In this document: positions 1 through 7,747 of the stretch, in pieces | Position numbering within the stretch: position 1 is the first letter of the stretch | Layout: every line of letters starts with the position of its first letter | Assembly (NCBI GenBank): GCA_045605805.1 | Contig: JAZUQR010000018.1 | Span: forward strand, 1-19,237 | From: Alphaproteobacteria bacterium | GTDB lineage: Bacteria; Pseudomonadota; Alphaproteobacteria; CAAHEQ01; UBA3637 | Direction of reading: 5' to 3' | DNA length: 19,237 nt | Position numbers and translations under genes: made by a program | Notes under the pieces: model-generated | Told to the model about the DNA's origin: nothing | Databases searched by the model: none | The model's input: the letters and a program-made list of their open reading frames with translations, nothing else

Positions 1-71
1 CCCCCCCTCACGATTTTTTCGTTATTTTTCAAGGGGTTAGCTTGGTTTAAGACCTGCAATAAACGGGGCAT
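1..71 (-). CDS. 5' fragment of an unidentified gene running off the window (MPRLLQVLNQANPLKNNEKIVRG...)
   Basis: ATG at 71-69 preceded by GAAAGGAGAGAAA (strong SD). The frame is open to the window edge. TTGACA at 121-116 lies upstream on the same strand. Only 23 codons are visible. Confidence 0.6.
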   Translation of the reverse strand, partial: MPRLLQVLNQANPLKNNEKIVRG

Positions 72-129
72 TTTCTCTCCTTTCACCTCTCCTTTTTACT
101 CTATATATCATTGAATGTCAAGAAAAAAA

Positions 130-158
130 TAGACAATCCAAAAAAACTATGCTATAAA
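130..158 (+). promoter_or_regulatory. putative sigma70 promoter of the Sel1 gene
   Basis: TAGACA (130-135), 17 bp, TATAAA (153-158), with an extended TGn. Confidence 0.45.
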
Positions 159-178
159 TTATTTTACGAGGTGACACC

Positions 179-1561
179 ATGATGAAAAAGATTTTATTTT
201 TAACAACTGCTTTGGCTTTAACCGCCCCCTCTTTGGCAGGGCTTCCCGAAGCCTTGATGAGCTTTGATTATCAACAATATCAAACTGCCTTTAATGAATT
301 TCAAAATTTGGCAAGGCAAGGCAACGCTTCGGCTTTGTATTATTTGGGGCGCATGTATCAAGATGGAATGGGTGTTTCCAAAAACGCTGCCGTTGCTGTG
401 GATTATTTTAAGAAAGCAGACCAAGCATTTTATCTGCCTGCTGCAACTCAATTAGGTAAAATCTATTTGTATGGAACAGACGGCTTTTCGGCACAACCCA
501 AGCTTGCCATTCCTTTGTTGCAAAAGGCGGCTTTGGCCGGTGATGCCGAAGCGGCTTTTGAATTAGGTAATGCGGCTATGTCTGGTGTGAATAACGACAT
601 CAACTATAATCACGCATTTGGTTTTTATCACTTAGCCTCCCTTAAAGGAGATATGAAAGCTCAATTTCAACTGAGCCGGATGTATTTACAAGGCCGTGGG
701 ATTCCCCAAAACCATGAAAAGGCAATGATATGGCTGTCAAGGTCGGCCAATCAGGGCTATGTGCGGGCGCAAATGGAAGCTGCCTATCAATTTGAAAACA
801 ATCCAAAATTAAAAAACATTGGACTGGCCTATTCTTGGAACTCTATTTTGGCTGCCTATAATTCCGATGAGGTGGGGCTGAATGCCGCCAAAAAACGAGA
901 TCAACTTGCCCTGAAAATCAAACCCAAAGAATTAACTCAACATCAAGACAATGTGCGTTCTTGGACACCAAAAACCCCCGAACAATCTGTACCCGAGGAA
1001 GAACGCAAAAAAACACCAACGCCTGTTATCCCAGGCTTTAATGACCCAAAAACTTTGCAACAGATTTTACTGCAAACAGGCACTTTACCCCAAGATACGC
1101 AACAATATGGCCTGACCACGGAAATGTTAGATATGGCAGAAGCAACGCAAGAGCTTTTACCCATTACTAATGCCATTGAAAAAGCTTTTAAGCGGGACAA
1201 TCTGAAAGCGGCTGCCTTTTATGGCGATTTACTGCTGAAACGCTTTAATAATCCGCAAGAGGCTGTCAAATGGTATCAAAAAGGAGCTGAGGCAGGAGAC
1301 CCTTATGCCCAATATCAATATGCTCGTTCCTTTTGTGAAGGATGGGCTGAAACGCTTGATGCGGCACAGTGCTATGCGTGGCTGTTGATTAGTTCTGAGG
1401 CTGTAGATCCTGTGCTGAATGGTATTCTTCAACAGGCTATTTTGATGGTACGTACAAATGCCACAGAAGATGAAATCCAACGAGGTCAAGCAAAGGCAGA
1501 AAAACTTCAAAAAGAACACAGCCAAAAGAAACACAAAAAAGATATTATGGACTTCTTTTAA
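179..1561 (+). CDS. exported Sel1-like repeat (SLR/TPR) protein
   Basis: Signal peptide MKKILFLTTALALTAPSLA. Repeated Sel1 motifs (ALYYLGRMYQDGMGV..N..AVDYFKKA; AQFQLSRMYLQGRGIPQN.EKAMIWL.RSA.QG). SD GAGGTG. Confidence 0.9.
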   Translation: MMKKILFLTTALALTAPSLAGLPEALMSFDYQQYQTAFNEFQNLARQGNASALYYLGRMYQDGMGVSKNAAVAVDYFKKADQAFYLPAATQLGKIYLYGTDGFSAQPKLAIPLLQKAALAGDAEAAFELGNAAMSGVNNDINYNHAFGFYHLASLKGDMKAQFQLSRMYLQGRGIPQNHEKAMIWLSRSANQGYVRAQMEAAYQFENNPKLKNIGLAYSWNSILAAYNSDEVGLNAAKKRDQLALKIKPKELTQHQDNVRSWTPKTPEQSVPEEERKKTPTPVIPGFNDPKTLQQILLQTGTLPQDTQQYGLTTEMLDMAEATQELLPITNAIEKAFKRDNLKAAAFYGDLLLKRFNNPQEAVKWYQKGAEAGDPYAQYQYARSFCEGWAETLDAAQCYAWLLISSEAVDPVLNGILQQAILMVRTNATEDEIQRGQAKAEKLQKEHSQKKHKKDIMDFF

Positions 1562-1562
1562 C

Positions 1563-1600
1563 CAATAAAAAAAGCCTCTTAACCGAGGCTTTTTTTATTG
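1563..1600. terminator. bidirectional intrinsic terminator between the Sel1 gene and rbr
   Basis: Perfect 16-bp inverted repeat CAATAAAAAAAGCCTC / GAGGCTTTTTTTATTG between convergent genes. Confidence 0.9.
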
Positions 1601-1608
1601 TTTTTATT

Positions 1609-2181
1609 TTACCAGTTGCGAGCTGCTAATTCAAAATAGGCTTGTGGATGGGCGCAGGCCGGACATTTTTCCGGTGCAGATTTGCTGTTCATCACAAATC
1701 CACAGTTGCGACAACGCCATTCGTTTTCACCAGAGCGTTCAAACACTTCACCTTTTTCAATATTTTCTTTCAAGGCAACATAGCGTTCTTCGTGGAATTT
1801 TTCGGCCACAGACACAGCACGCCATACAGCAGCAATTTCTGGGAAACCTTCTTCATCGGCTTTTTGGGCCATTGCCGGATAGGCCATAGACCATTCTTCT
1901 TTTTCACCCATGGCTGCGGCAGCCAAATTTTCCACTGTTGTTCCAATTTTTCCAGCTGGGAATGTGGCTTCTATTGTTAAATCACCGCCTTCCAAAAACT
2001 TGAAGAACCGTTTTGCATGTTCTTTTTCTTGGTTGGCTGTTTCTTCAAAAATAGCGGCAATTTGTTCATAACCTTCTTTTTTGGCAACGCTTGCAAAATA
2101 TGTATAACGATTACGAGCTTGTGATTCACCAGCAAAAGATTTTAACAGGTTTTTTTCGGTTTCTGTTCCTTTTAATGTCAT
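1609..2181 (-). CDS. rbr: rubrerythrin
   Basis: LKGTETEKNLLKSFAGESQARNRY N-terminus, di-iron ExxH motifs (EKEH, EKFH), C-terminal rubredoxin knuckles CRNCG...CPAC. SD AGGAG. Confidence 0.97.
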   Translation of the reverse strand: MTLKGTETEKNLLKSFAGESQARNRYTYFASVAKKEGYEQIAAIFEETANQEKEHAKRFFKFLEGGDLTIEATFPAGKIGTTVENLAAAAMGEKEEWSMAYPAMAQKADEEGFPEIAAVWRAVSVAEKFHEERYVALKENIEKGEVFERSGENEWRCRNCGFVMNSKSAPEKCPACAHPQAYFELAARNW

Positions 2182-2207
2182 GTCTTCTCCTTTTGTTAAA
2201 CAATATG

Positions 2208-2236
2208 ATTATATGTTAAATCATACAAAATGTAAA
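2208..2236 (-). promoter_or_regulatory. sigma70 promoter of rbr
   Basis: TTTACA (2236-2231), 17 bp, TATAAT (2213-2208). Confidence 0.7.
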
Positions 2237-2238
2237 GC

Positions 2239-2271
2239 AAAAAAATCCCCTTCTTTGCAGAAGGGAATTTT
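2239..2271 (-). terminator. intrinsic terminator of the Cys-rich pilin-like gene
   Basis: On the minus strand, AAAATTCCCTTCT-GCAA-AGAAGGGGATTTTTTT: a stem with a GNRA loop and T-tract about 15 nt after the stop. Confidence 0.8.
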
Positions 2272-2285
2272 GTTGATTCAGCAAT

Positions 2286-5210
2286 TTATTTTTTCTTTCT
2301 CCACGGACCGATTTGAAAACATCCTTTGCTATCCGGCTTACCGTTATTCCAGCCGATACCCACAGAGATATTCTTTTTCGTTCCGCTGTGCGGCATACCG
2401 TTTGGTGCAGATTTTAAGCGGAACTCAAATGTACCAGAATAACCCACTTCACGCAACCAGCGATCTTGCACCACCAATTTCTTTTGTTGCGCATTTCCTT
2501 TAACGGTTGTGTTGGCCCGTTTTGGTTCAATTGAATTATCATGTGCTTCTTTCCAAGAATCATGGGCAGAGTTGGCACCAATTCCATCCGACTGACTTGC
2601 CACAACAAAGTCATCCGCTTCACCCATTGCGTAAAAATTATATTCGCAATAGAAGTTTGCCTTTTCTTTCGGCACATTGTAATAGCGTTGACGGTTGGAT
2701 GTACGACGTTCTTTGGATGTATCCCAATCGGACAACTTACAACTGTTCCCCATATCCTTCACACCTGTTGATTCCAATTTATCATAACATTCACACAAAT
2801 CACTGCCCGATGCACGCTTTAAGTCAATATATGTATTGATTTGGATACATTGGCCATCCGGTGTGCGACAGGTGTTGGCCGGACATTCATTTACGCAAGT
2901 ATAATTGCGACAGAAAGGTTTATCCGTTGGACAGTGTCCATCATTTAGGCATTCCATGCACACATCCCCTATTTTATTTGTTCCCCCTGAAATAAAGGAA
3001 GTATCCTTGCTGTTGGCCTTAAAGCACACAGGCTTGCCTGCATTCGCCCCAACACCGCAACCGGCATCTTGCCCATTTGCTTTTACATCATCGTAACAGA
3101 AGGCACAGACACCATTAAACCACAATGGTGTTGTTTCGGGGCATGGTTCGCACATATGATTGTTTTCATTACATACCGGTTTTTCACTTGGGCAATCGGC
3201 ATTTTCCAAACATTGATAACATGTTGTACCAGATGTTTTTGTCCCATCGTTTTTATATCCGGCTGTGACGCAAATCGGCTTATTCGGGTCAACGCAACCG
3301 GCATCAGATTGTGTGCCAGACACACTGTCATAGCAAGGAACACATTCTTTTGTGGTTTCGTTAAACACCTGCCCTTCCGGACAGTTGGAACAAGCATCAC
3401 CCATTCCACCATCTTCCGTGCCATTACACATGGGTTTTTCGGCCGAACAGCCCATATCTACCTCAATGCCTTTTTTATCGTTGATACACACACCACAAGT
3501 TGTGCCAAAAGCGTTTGAAGCCGCATCACACAATGGTTTTTCATCAGAGCAACCCGAATCTTTTTGGGCATCTGTTTTATCGTTCACACAATGGTGACAA
3601 ACTGTGCCATATTCGTCTTTGGCGGCTTCACATAATGGTTTATCAGACGAACACCCATCGTCTTTTTCGCCTTCTTTGGCATCATAGTTGTTGTTATAAC
3701 AGACATAGCAACTGTTCCCAAAGCCTTGTGTTCCATTTCCGTTTGCCGTGATTGGCTTACACAGTTGGTTATCTTCTCCTTCTGTACCAACCACACACCC
3801 TTTGTCCGCGCTTGCACCCATGCGATTATCTTGACACGCATAGCATGTGCGATCTTGACGATTGAAGAATGGTGTGGTGGTATCACATTGTACGCACATA
3901 TTGTTTTCACAATAAAAATTCGGTTCTCCGGTTGGACAATCGTCATCTGTCATACAATTGATACATTGGCCTTTTGCTTCTTGTGAAACACCACCAATGG
4001 TGACAGAAGTTGTTCCTGCTTCATGACATATTGGCGCAACTGTATTACATCCTGCATCCTGCAACACACCTTTGGAGGAATCATAACAAAAGACACATTC
4101 GCCCGTTGTGACATTCAATATCAATGGACTTGGACACACGCAACGCCCTGTGGCCGGATCGTATGTGGTGTTGGATGGACATGGTTCACATTTGCCCGCT
4201 TGACACATGGGCTTGTCCGTTGTGGGACATTCTACACCCACGCCAGCACCATAGCTTGTGGTACATTCCACACATCTTTTATCCAAACATGTTTGGGCGT
4301 TTGGATTTGGATTTTGTGGCCCAACCGGATTAGAACAATCCGCATCTGTTAAACATTCAATACATTTATTCGTTGCCCCATTACAAACATGTTGTTCAAA
4401 GTCATTATTGTAACGCCCCCAACATTGTTCGTTACCGGCTTGTTGATTTCCATCATTGACAGCACAAAGCACACATTGTTGCTTTTGTTTATCACAGGTT
4501 GTGCCAGACGGACACGCACACAAATTGCCACACCCCAATTCATAACAGCAATTACCGTTTGCATCTGTTTTCATACTTTGTGGACACATATTACACTCTA
4601 TGCCATAGATATAGCTGTATGAGGAAGAACCTTCGGGACAATCAAACACCACACGGGCTCGTCCAAGTTCTGTATATTTTAGCTTAACCTCTTCGGCTTC
4701 TTTCGTGCCTTTTTTCCATCCATCATAATTGCCATTGACAAATGTTTCATTGGATTTTACCAATTCTTGGGCAGAAAGTCTTTCTTCCCCTTCCACAGGT
4801 TCAAAAAACGAGATACTTTCAGAATCCAAAGCCGTTAAGACACTTTCAATTGTTTGGGGTTCGGCCTGTATAGACATTGCAAAAGCATTGCCCCCCAAAG
4901 ATGTAACCACCGCATAACTTGTTTCTGAATCAGGCAGTTTTAACACATAGCCGCTTTCAGCCATTTCGGGCCCTTTTACAACCTCTTTAACAGCAATTGT
5001 TTCACCGGCATCGTATCGGCGTTTTACGCCCGAGGCTTTTAAGTTCAACACCAAGCTGGACACATCTTTAACAGCTTGTTGGCGATTTTGCTGTTTCACA
5101 AAATAAGCATATCCTGTGAGGCCGCTTATCGTCACAACAGCTATCATTGACAGGACAGCCAATACTTCCAACACAGATTTACCGGATTCATTTTTGAAAA
5201 TTCGTTTCAT
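2286..5210 (-). CDS. 974-aa prepilin-like (class III signal) protein with cysteine-rich repeats, putative surface adhesin or minor pilin
   Basis: The likely start is ATG 5210 (SD AGGAGG 4 nt upstream), not 5240. N-terminus MKRIFKNESG|KSVLEVLAVLSMIAVVTISGLTGY has Gly-1, Glu+5 and a hydrophobic helix. About 630 aa of CxxC / DxGC / KPxC repeats follow. Function is inferred. Confidence 0.8.
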   Translation of the reverse strand: MKRIFKNESGKSVLEVLAVLSMIAVVTISGLTGYAYFVKQQNRQQAVKDVSSLVLNLKASGVKRRYDAGETIAVKEVVKGPEMAESGYVLKLPDSETSYAVVTSLGGNAFAMSIQAEPQTIESVLTALDSESISFFEPVEGEERLSAQELVKSNETFVNGNYDGWKKGTKEAEEVKLKYTELGRARVVFDCPEGSSSYSYIYGIECNMCPQSMKTDANGNCCYELGCGNLCACPSGTTCDKQKQQCVLCAVNDGNQQAGNEQCWGRYNNDFEQHVCNGATNKCIECLTDADCSNPVGPQNPNPNAQTCLDKRCVECTTSYGAGVGVECPTTDKPMCQAGKCEPCPSNTTYDPATGRCVCPSPLILNVTTGECVFCYDSSKGVLQDAGCNTVAPICHEAGTTSVTIGGVSQEAKGQCINCMTDDDCPTGEPNFYCENNMCVQCDTTTPFFNRQDRTCYACQDNRMGASADKGCVVGTEGEDNQLCKPITANGNGTQGFGNSCYVCYNNNYDAKEGEKDDGCSSDKPLCEAAKDEYGTVCHHCVNDKTDAQKDSGCSDEKPLCDAASNAFGTTCGVCINDKKGIEVDMGCSAEKPMCNGTEDGGMGDACSNCPEGQVFNETTKECVPCYDSVSGTQSDAGCVDPNKPICVTAGYKNDGTKTSGTTCYQCLENADCPSEKPVCNENNHMCEPCPETTPLWFNGVCAFCYDDVKANGQDAGCGVGANAGKPVCFKANSKDTSFISGGTNKIGDVCMECLNDGHCPTDKPFCRNYTCVNECPANTCRTPDGQCIQINTYIDLKRASGSDLCECYDKLESTGVKDMGNSCKLSDWDTSKERRTSNRQRYYNVPKEKANFYCEYNFYAMGEADDFVVASQSDGIGANSAHDSWKEAHDNSIEPKRANTTVKGNAQQKKLVVQDRWLREVGYSGTFEFRLKSAPNGMPHSGTKKNISVGIGWNNGKPDSKGCFQIGPWRKKK
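3381..3710 (-). repeat. three tandem 34-37 aa Cys-rich coding repeats
   Basis: CxxC motifs begin at 3710 (CYVC), 3599 (CHHC), 3497 (CGVC) and 3392 (CSNC). Each unit is CxxCxN[DN]...DxGCSxxKPxC...GxxC. Confidence 0.85.
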
Positions 5211-5261
5211 CGTTCCTCCTGCTCTTAAACAAAATAACACAAAAAAACTTTTAATGTTTGT

Positions 5262-5289
5262 ATTATATCATATTTTTCATTTTTTGCAA
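5262..5289 (-). promoter_or_regulatory. sigma70 promoter of the pilin-like gene
   Basis: TTGCAA (5289-5284), 16 bp, extended TGaTATAAT (-10 at 5267-5262). Confidence 0.6.
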
Positions 5290-5307
5290 GTTTTTTGTTA
5301 GGGAGAT

Positions 5308-5336
5308 AAAAAACACCTTGCTGTTCACAAGGTGTT
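5308..5336 (-). terminator. intrinsic terminator after tRNA-His
   Basis: 9-bp stem AACACCTTG / CAAGGTGTT followed by a T run on the minus strand. Confidence 0.8.
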
Positions 5337-5347
5337 GGAAAATGAAA

Positions 5348-5425
5348 TGGGGCGGAAGATCGGACTCGAACCGACGACATCTGGTACCACAAACCAGCGC
5401 TCTAACCAACTGAGCTACATCCGCC
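5348..5425 (-). tRNA. tRNA-His(GTG)
   Basis: Cloverleaf: G-1, acceptor GCGGATG/CTTCCGC, anticodon arm CTGGT-TTGTGGT-ACCAG, T-loop TTCGAGT, C73, encoded CCA. Confidence 0.97.
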
Positions 5426-5442
5426 ATTTGTTGATGTGTGGT

Positions 5443-5472
5443 ATATTACCATAATTCTGAATAAAATGTCAA
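5443..5472 (-). promoter_or_regulatory. sigma70 promoter of tRNA-His
   Basis: TTGACA (5472-5467), 18 bp, TGgTAATAT (-10 at 5448-5443). Confidence 0.65.
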
Positions 5473-5482
5473 GAAAAAAAGT

Positions 5483-5507
5483 AAAGGCTCTGAAATCCAG
5501 AGCCTTT
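5483..5507 (-). terminator. intrinsic terminator of rne
   Basis: 10-bp stem AAAGGCTCTG / CAGAGCCTTT directly after the stop, followed by T-rich sequence. Confidence 0.8.
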
Positions 5508-5512
5508 TTTCT

Positions 5513-7510
5513 TTAATTCACCAACCGATTCCACCAACCTTTTTTCACTTCTTTTTCCGTTTTTGGCTGTTCAGGTGTTTCAACCTTTTCCGAGGTTTTA
5601 GGCTGATTTTCTTTGTTTTCTTTGGCTTTTTTATTTTGATTTTTACCTTGACGATTGGCTTTATTTTCTTTTTTCTTTTCTTCTTCAACCTGAGTCAACG
5701 GGGCTTGTTCTACCACCGTAAAACCTTCTTCCGTTTTTTCAAAAATCTGTTGAGCCTGTTGTTTATGCTTCTTTTTCCAATCCCGATGACGACGACCACG
5801 ACGACCTTTTACATCATCCCCAATGGAAATTTCATCTCCCAAAGCCGCCAAATCAACTTTATTGCCGTGGGGCAAAAGGGTGTTTTCTTGAGTCACTGGC
5901 ACACGATTACCATCTTCACGCAGGCGTTCTAATTTGAAATCATCCACCTTCATCAAAGAACGATCTGTGCGTACTTGAATCCCTACTTGGTAATTTTTTT
6001 CCAATTCCAGCAAATGGACTCGCTTATTATTGGAAAGATATTCTGCCACCTCGGTTGTCACAGACAAAAACAGCGATGTTCTTGGGTTTTTAATGGCTGT
6101 TTCTTCCAAAAGACGCAACGCACGCATCGCACTGGATTCAACAGAACGGACAACCCCCATGCCGCCACAACACGGACATGTTTTATAACTGGATTCCAAA
6201 AAGCTGGAATGCAAACGCTGTCTTGTCATTTCAATCAAGCCGAAGCCAGACATACGCCCCACCTGAATGCGCGCTCTGTCACGCTTTAAGGCTTCTTTCA
6301 AATGGCGTTCAACGGCTGCATTATTTTTGGGTTCGTCCATATCAATAAAGTCAATCACAATCAACCCAGCTAAGTCACGCAACCGCAATTGACGAGCCAA
6401 TTCTTGACATGTTTCCAAATTGGTTTGAAGGGCTGTTTCTTCAATGTTGTGTTCCCGTGTGGAACGACCAGAGTTCACATCAACCGCCACCAAGGCTTCC
6501 GTTTGGTCAATGACCAAATAGCCTCCCGAAGGCAACCGAGCAATATGATTATGAATTTGTTCCAACTGTGCTTCCACATGGTATTGACAAAACAGTGGTT
6601 CTTTGCCTTTATATTCTTTGACTTTTTTCACCTGAGCAGGCATTAAAGATTTGACAAAGGCTTTGGCTGTTTTGAACGAGGATTCGCCTTCCACGATAAT
6701 TTCTTCAATATCAGTTGTAAAGACATCCCGCAACGAGCGTTTGATGATATCCCCTTCTTCATGAATCAACTTCGGAGCAATGGATTTTAAGGTTAAATCC
6801 CGAATTTGTGTCCATGTTTTCATCAGGTAATCAAAGTCCCGTTTAATATCTGTTTTTGTTTTACCTTGACCTGCTGTACGCACAATCACACTCATCCCAT
6901 CAGGAATGGGCAATTTATCAACGATAGCACGCAAATCCTTACGATCTTGGGCGTTGGATATTTTTCTGGACACACCACCGCCTTTGCCGTTATTCGGCAT
7001 CAACACACAAAAACGACCCGCTAATGACAAATAAGTTGTCATAGCAGCCCCTTTGTTGCCCCGTTCTTCTTTCACCGCTTGAACAAGCATTACTTGACCT
7101 GGGTGAATCACCTCTTGAATCCGATATTTTTTATAAAAGGACGGACGGACACGCACCACTTCTTCGGTTTCATTGATATTTTCATCATCCGATTCTGTTT
7201 CTTCTTCCGAATCGTGTTCTGCTTCGGCAACCATTTCTTTTTTCAAGGCTTCCCTATCGTCCACTGGAATCTGATAATAATCCGGATGAATCTCGCCAAA
7301 AGCCAAAAAGCCATGTCGGTTGCCGCTGTATTCAACAAAGGCCGCCTGTAAAGACGGTTCAACCCGAATCACTTTTGCAAGATAGATATTTCCTTTTATT
7401 TGTTTTTTATTGCGAGTGTCAACATCTAATTCGTCCAGCAGACCCTCGTCCAATATAACCACACGAGTTTCCTCTGGATGTGTGGCATCAATAAGCATTT
7501 GTTTTGACAT
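5513..7510 (-). CDS. rne: ribonuclease E (Rne/Rng family, alphaproteobacterial type)
   Basis: MLIDATHPEETRV, KGNIYLAKVIRVEPSLQAAFVEY, KEERGNKGAA, catalytic DVNSG and VIDFIDM, Zn-link CPxCxGxG, acidic S1 insert, C-terminal KKGWW. Confidence 0.96.
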   Translation of the reverse strand: MSKQMLIDATHPEETRVVILDEGLLDELDVDTRNKKQIKGNIYLAKVIRVEPSLQAAFVEYSGNRHGFLAFGEIHPDYYQIPVDDREALKKEMVAEAEHDSEEETESDDENINETEEVVRVRPSFYKKYRIQEVIHPGQVMLVQAVKEERGNKGAAMTTYLSLAGRFCVLMPNNGKGGGVSRKISNAQDRKDLRAIVDKLPIPDGMSVIVRTAGQGKTKTDIKRDFDYLMKTWTQIRDLTLKSIAPKLIHEEGDIIKRSLRDVFTTDIEEIIVEGESSFKTAKAFVKSLMPAQVKKVKEYKGKEPLFCQYHVEAQLEQIHNHIARLPSGGYLVIDQTEALVAVDVNSGRSTREHNIEETALQTNLETCQELARQLRLRDLAGLIVIDFIDMDEPKNNAAVERHLKEALKRDRARIQVGRMSGFGLIEMTRQRLHSSFLESSYKTCPCCGGMGVVRSVESSAMRALRLLEETAIKNPRTSLFLSVTTEVAEYLSNNKRVHLLELEKNYQVGIQVRTDRSLMKVDDFKLERLREDGNRVPVTQENTLLPHGNKVDLAALGDEISIGDDVKGRRGRRHRDWKKKHKQQAQQIFEKTEEGFTVVEQAPLTQVEEEKKKENKANRQGKNQNKKAKENKENQPKTSEKVETPEQPKTEKEVKKGWWNRLVN

Positions 7511-7747
7511 TTGATTAAATCCTTTATATTAAAATTAAATTGTTTGGGGGCATAAGTATATGCCAAAGATAACACTTTGGGGCCCGTGACCAAGCCCAAG
7601 ACAAACATTAAAAAGATACATATTTCAACCATTATATTGTTCACCTTTGTTATCAAAAATTTTTTTTGGAGCAATTTTTTTATTGCTTTTTTTATTATAT
7701 AGGTATATGAAGAAATAAGCAAGTGTTTTTTTTACATATAGGGAAAA

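Noticed and set aside
2286-5210. Multiheme cytochrome or ferredoxin interpretation of the many CxxC motifs
   Set aside because: I found no CxxCH heme motif (CHHC is followed by V) and no CxxCxxCxxxC ferredoxin spacing.
5211-5240. Longer N-terminus of the 984-aa ORF call
   Set aside because: A strong SD (AGGAGG) precedes ATG 5210, and that start gives a typical short prepilin leader.
2286-5425. Genomic island integrated at the 3' end of tRNA-His
   Set aside because: No integrase and no duplicated tRNA 3' end were seen in the window, and the tRNA has a normal terminator.
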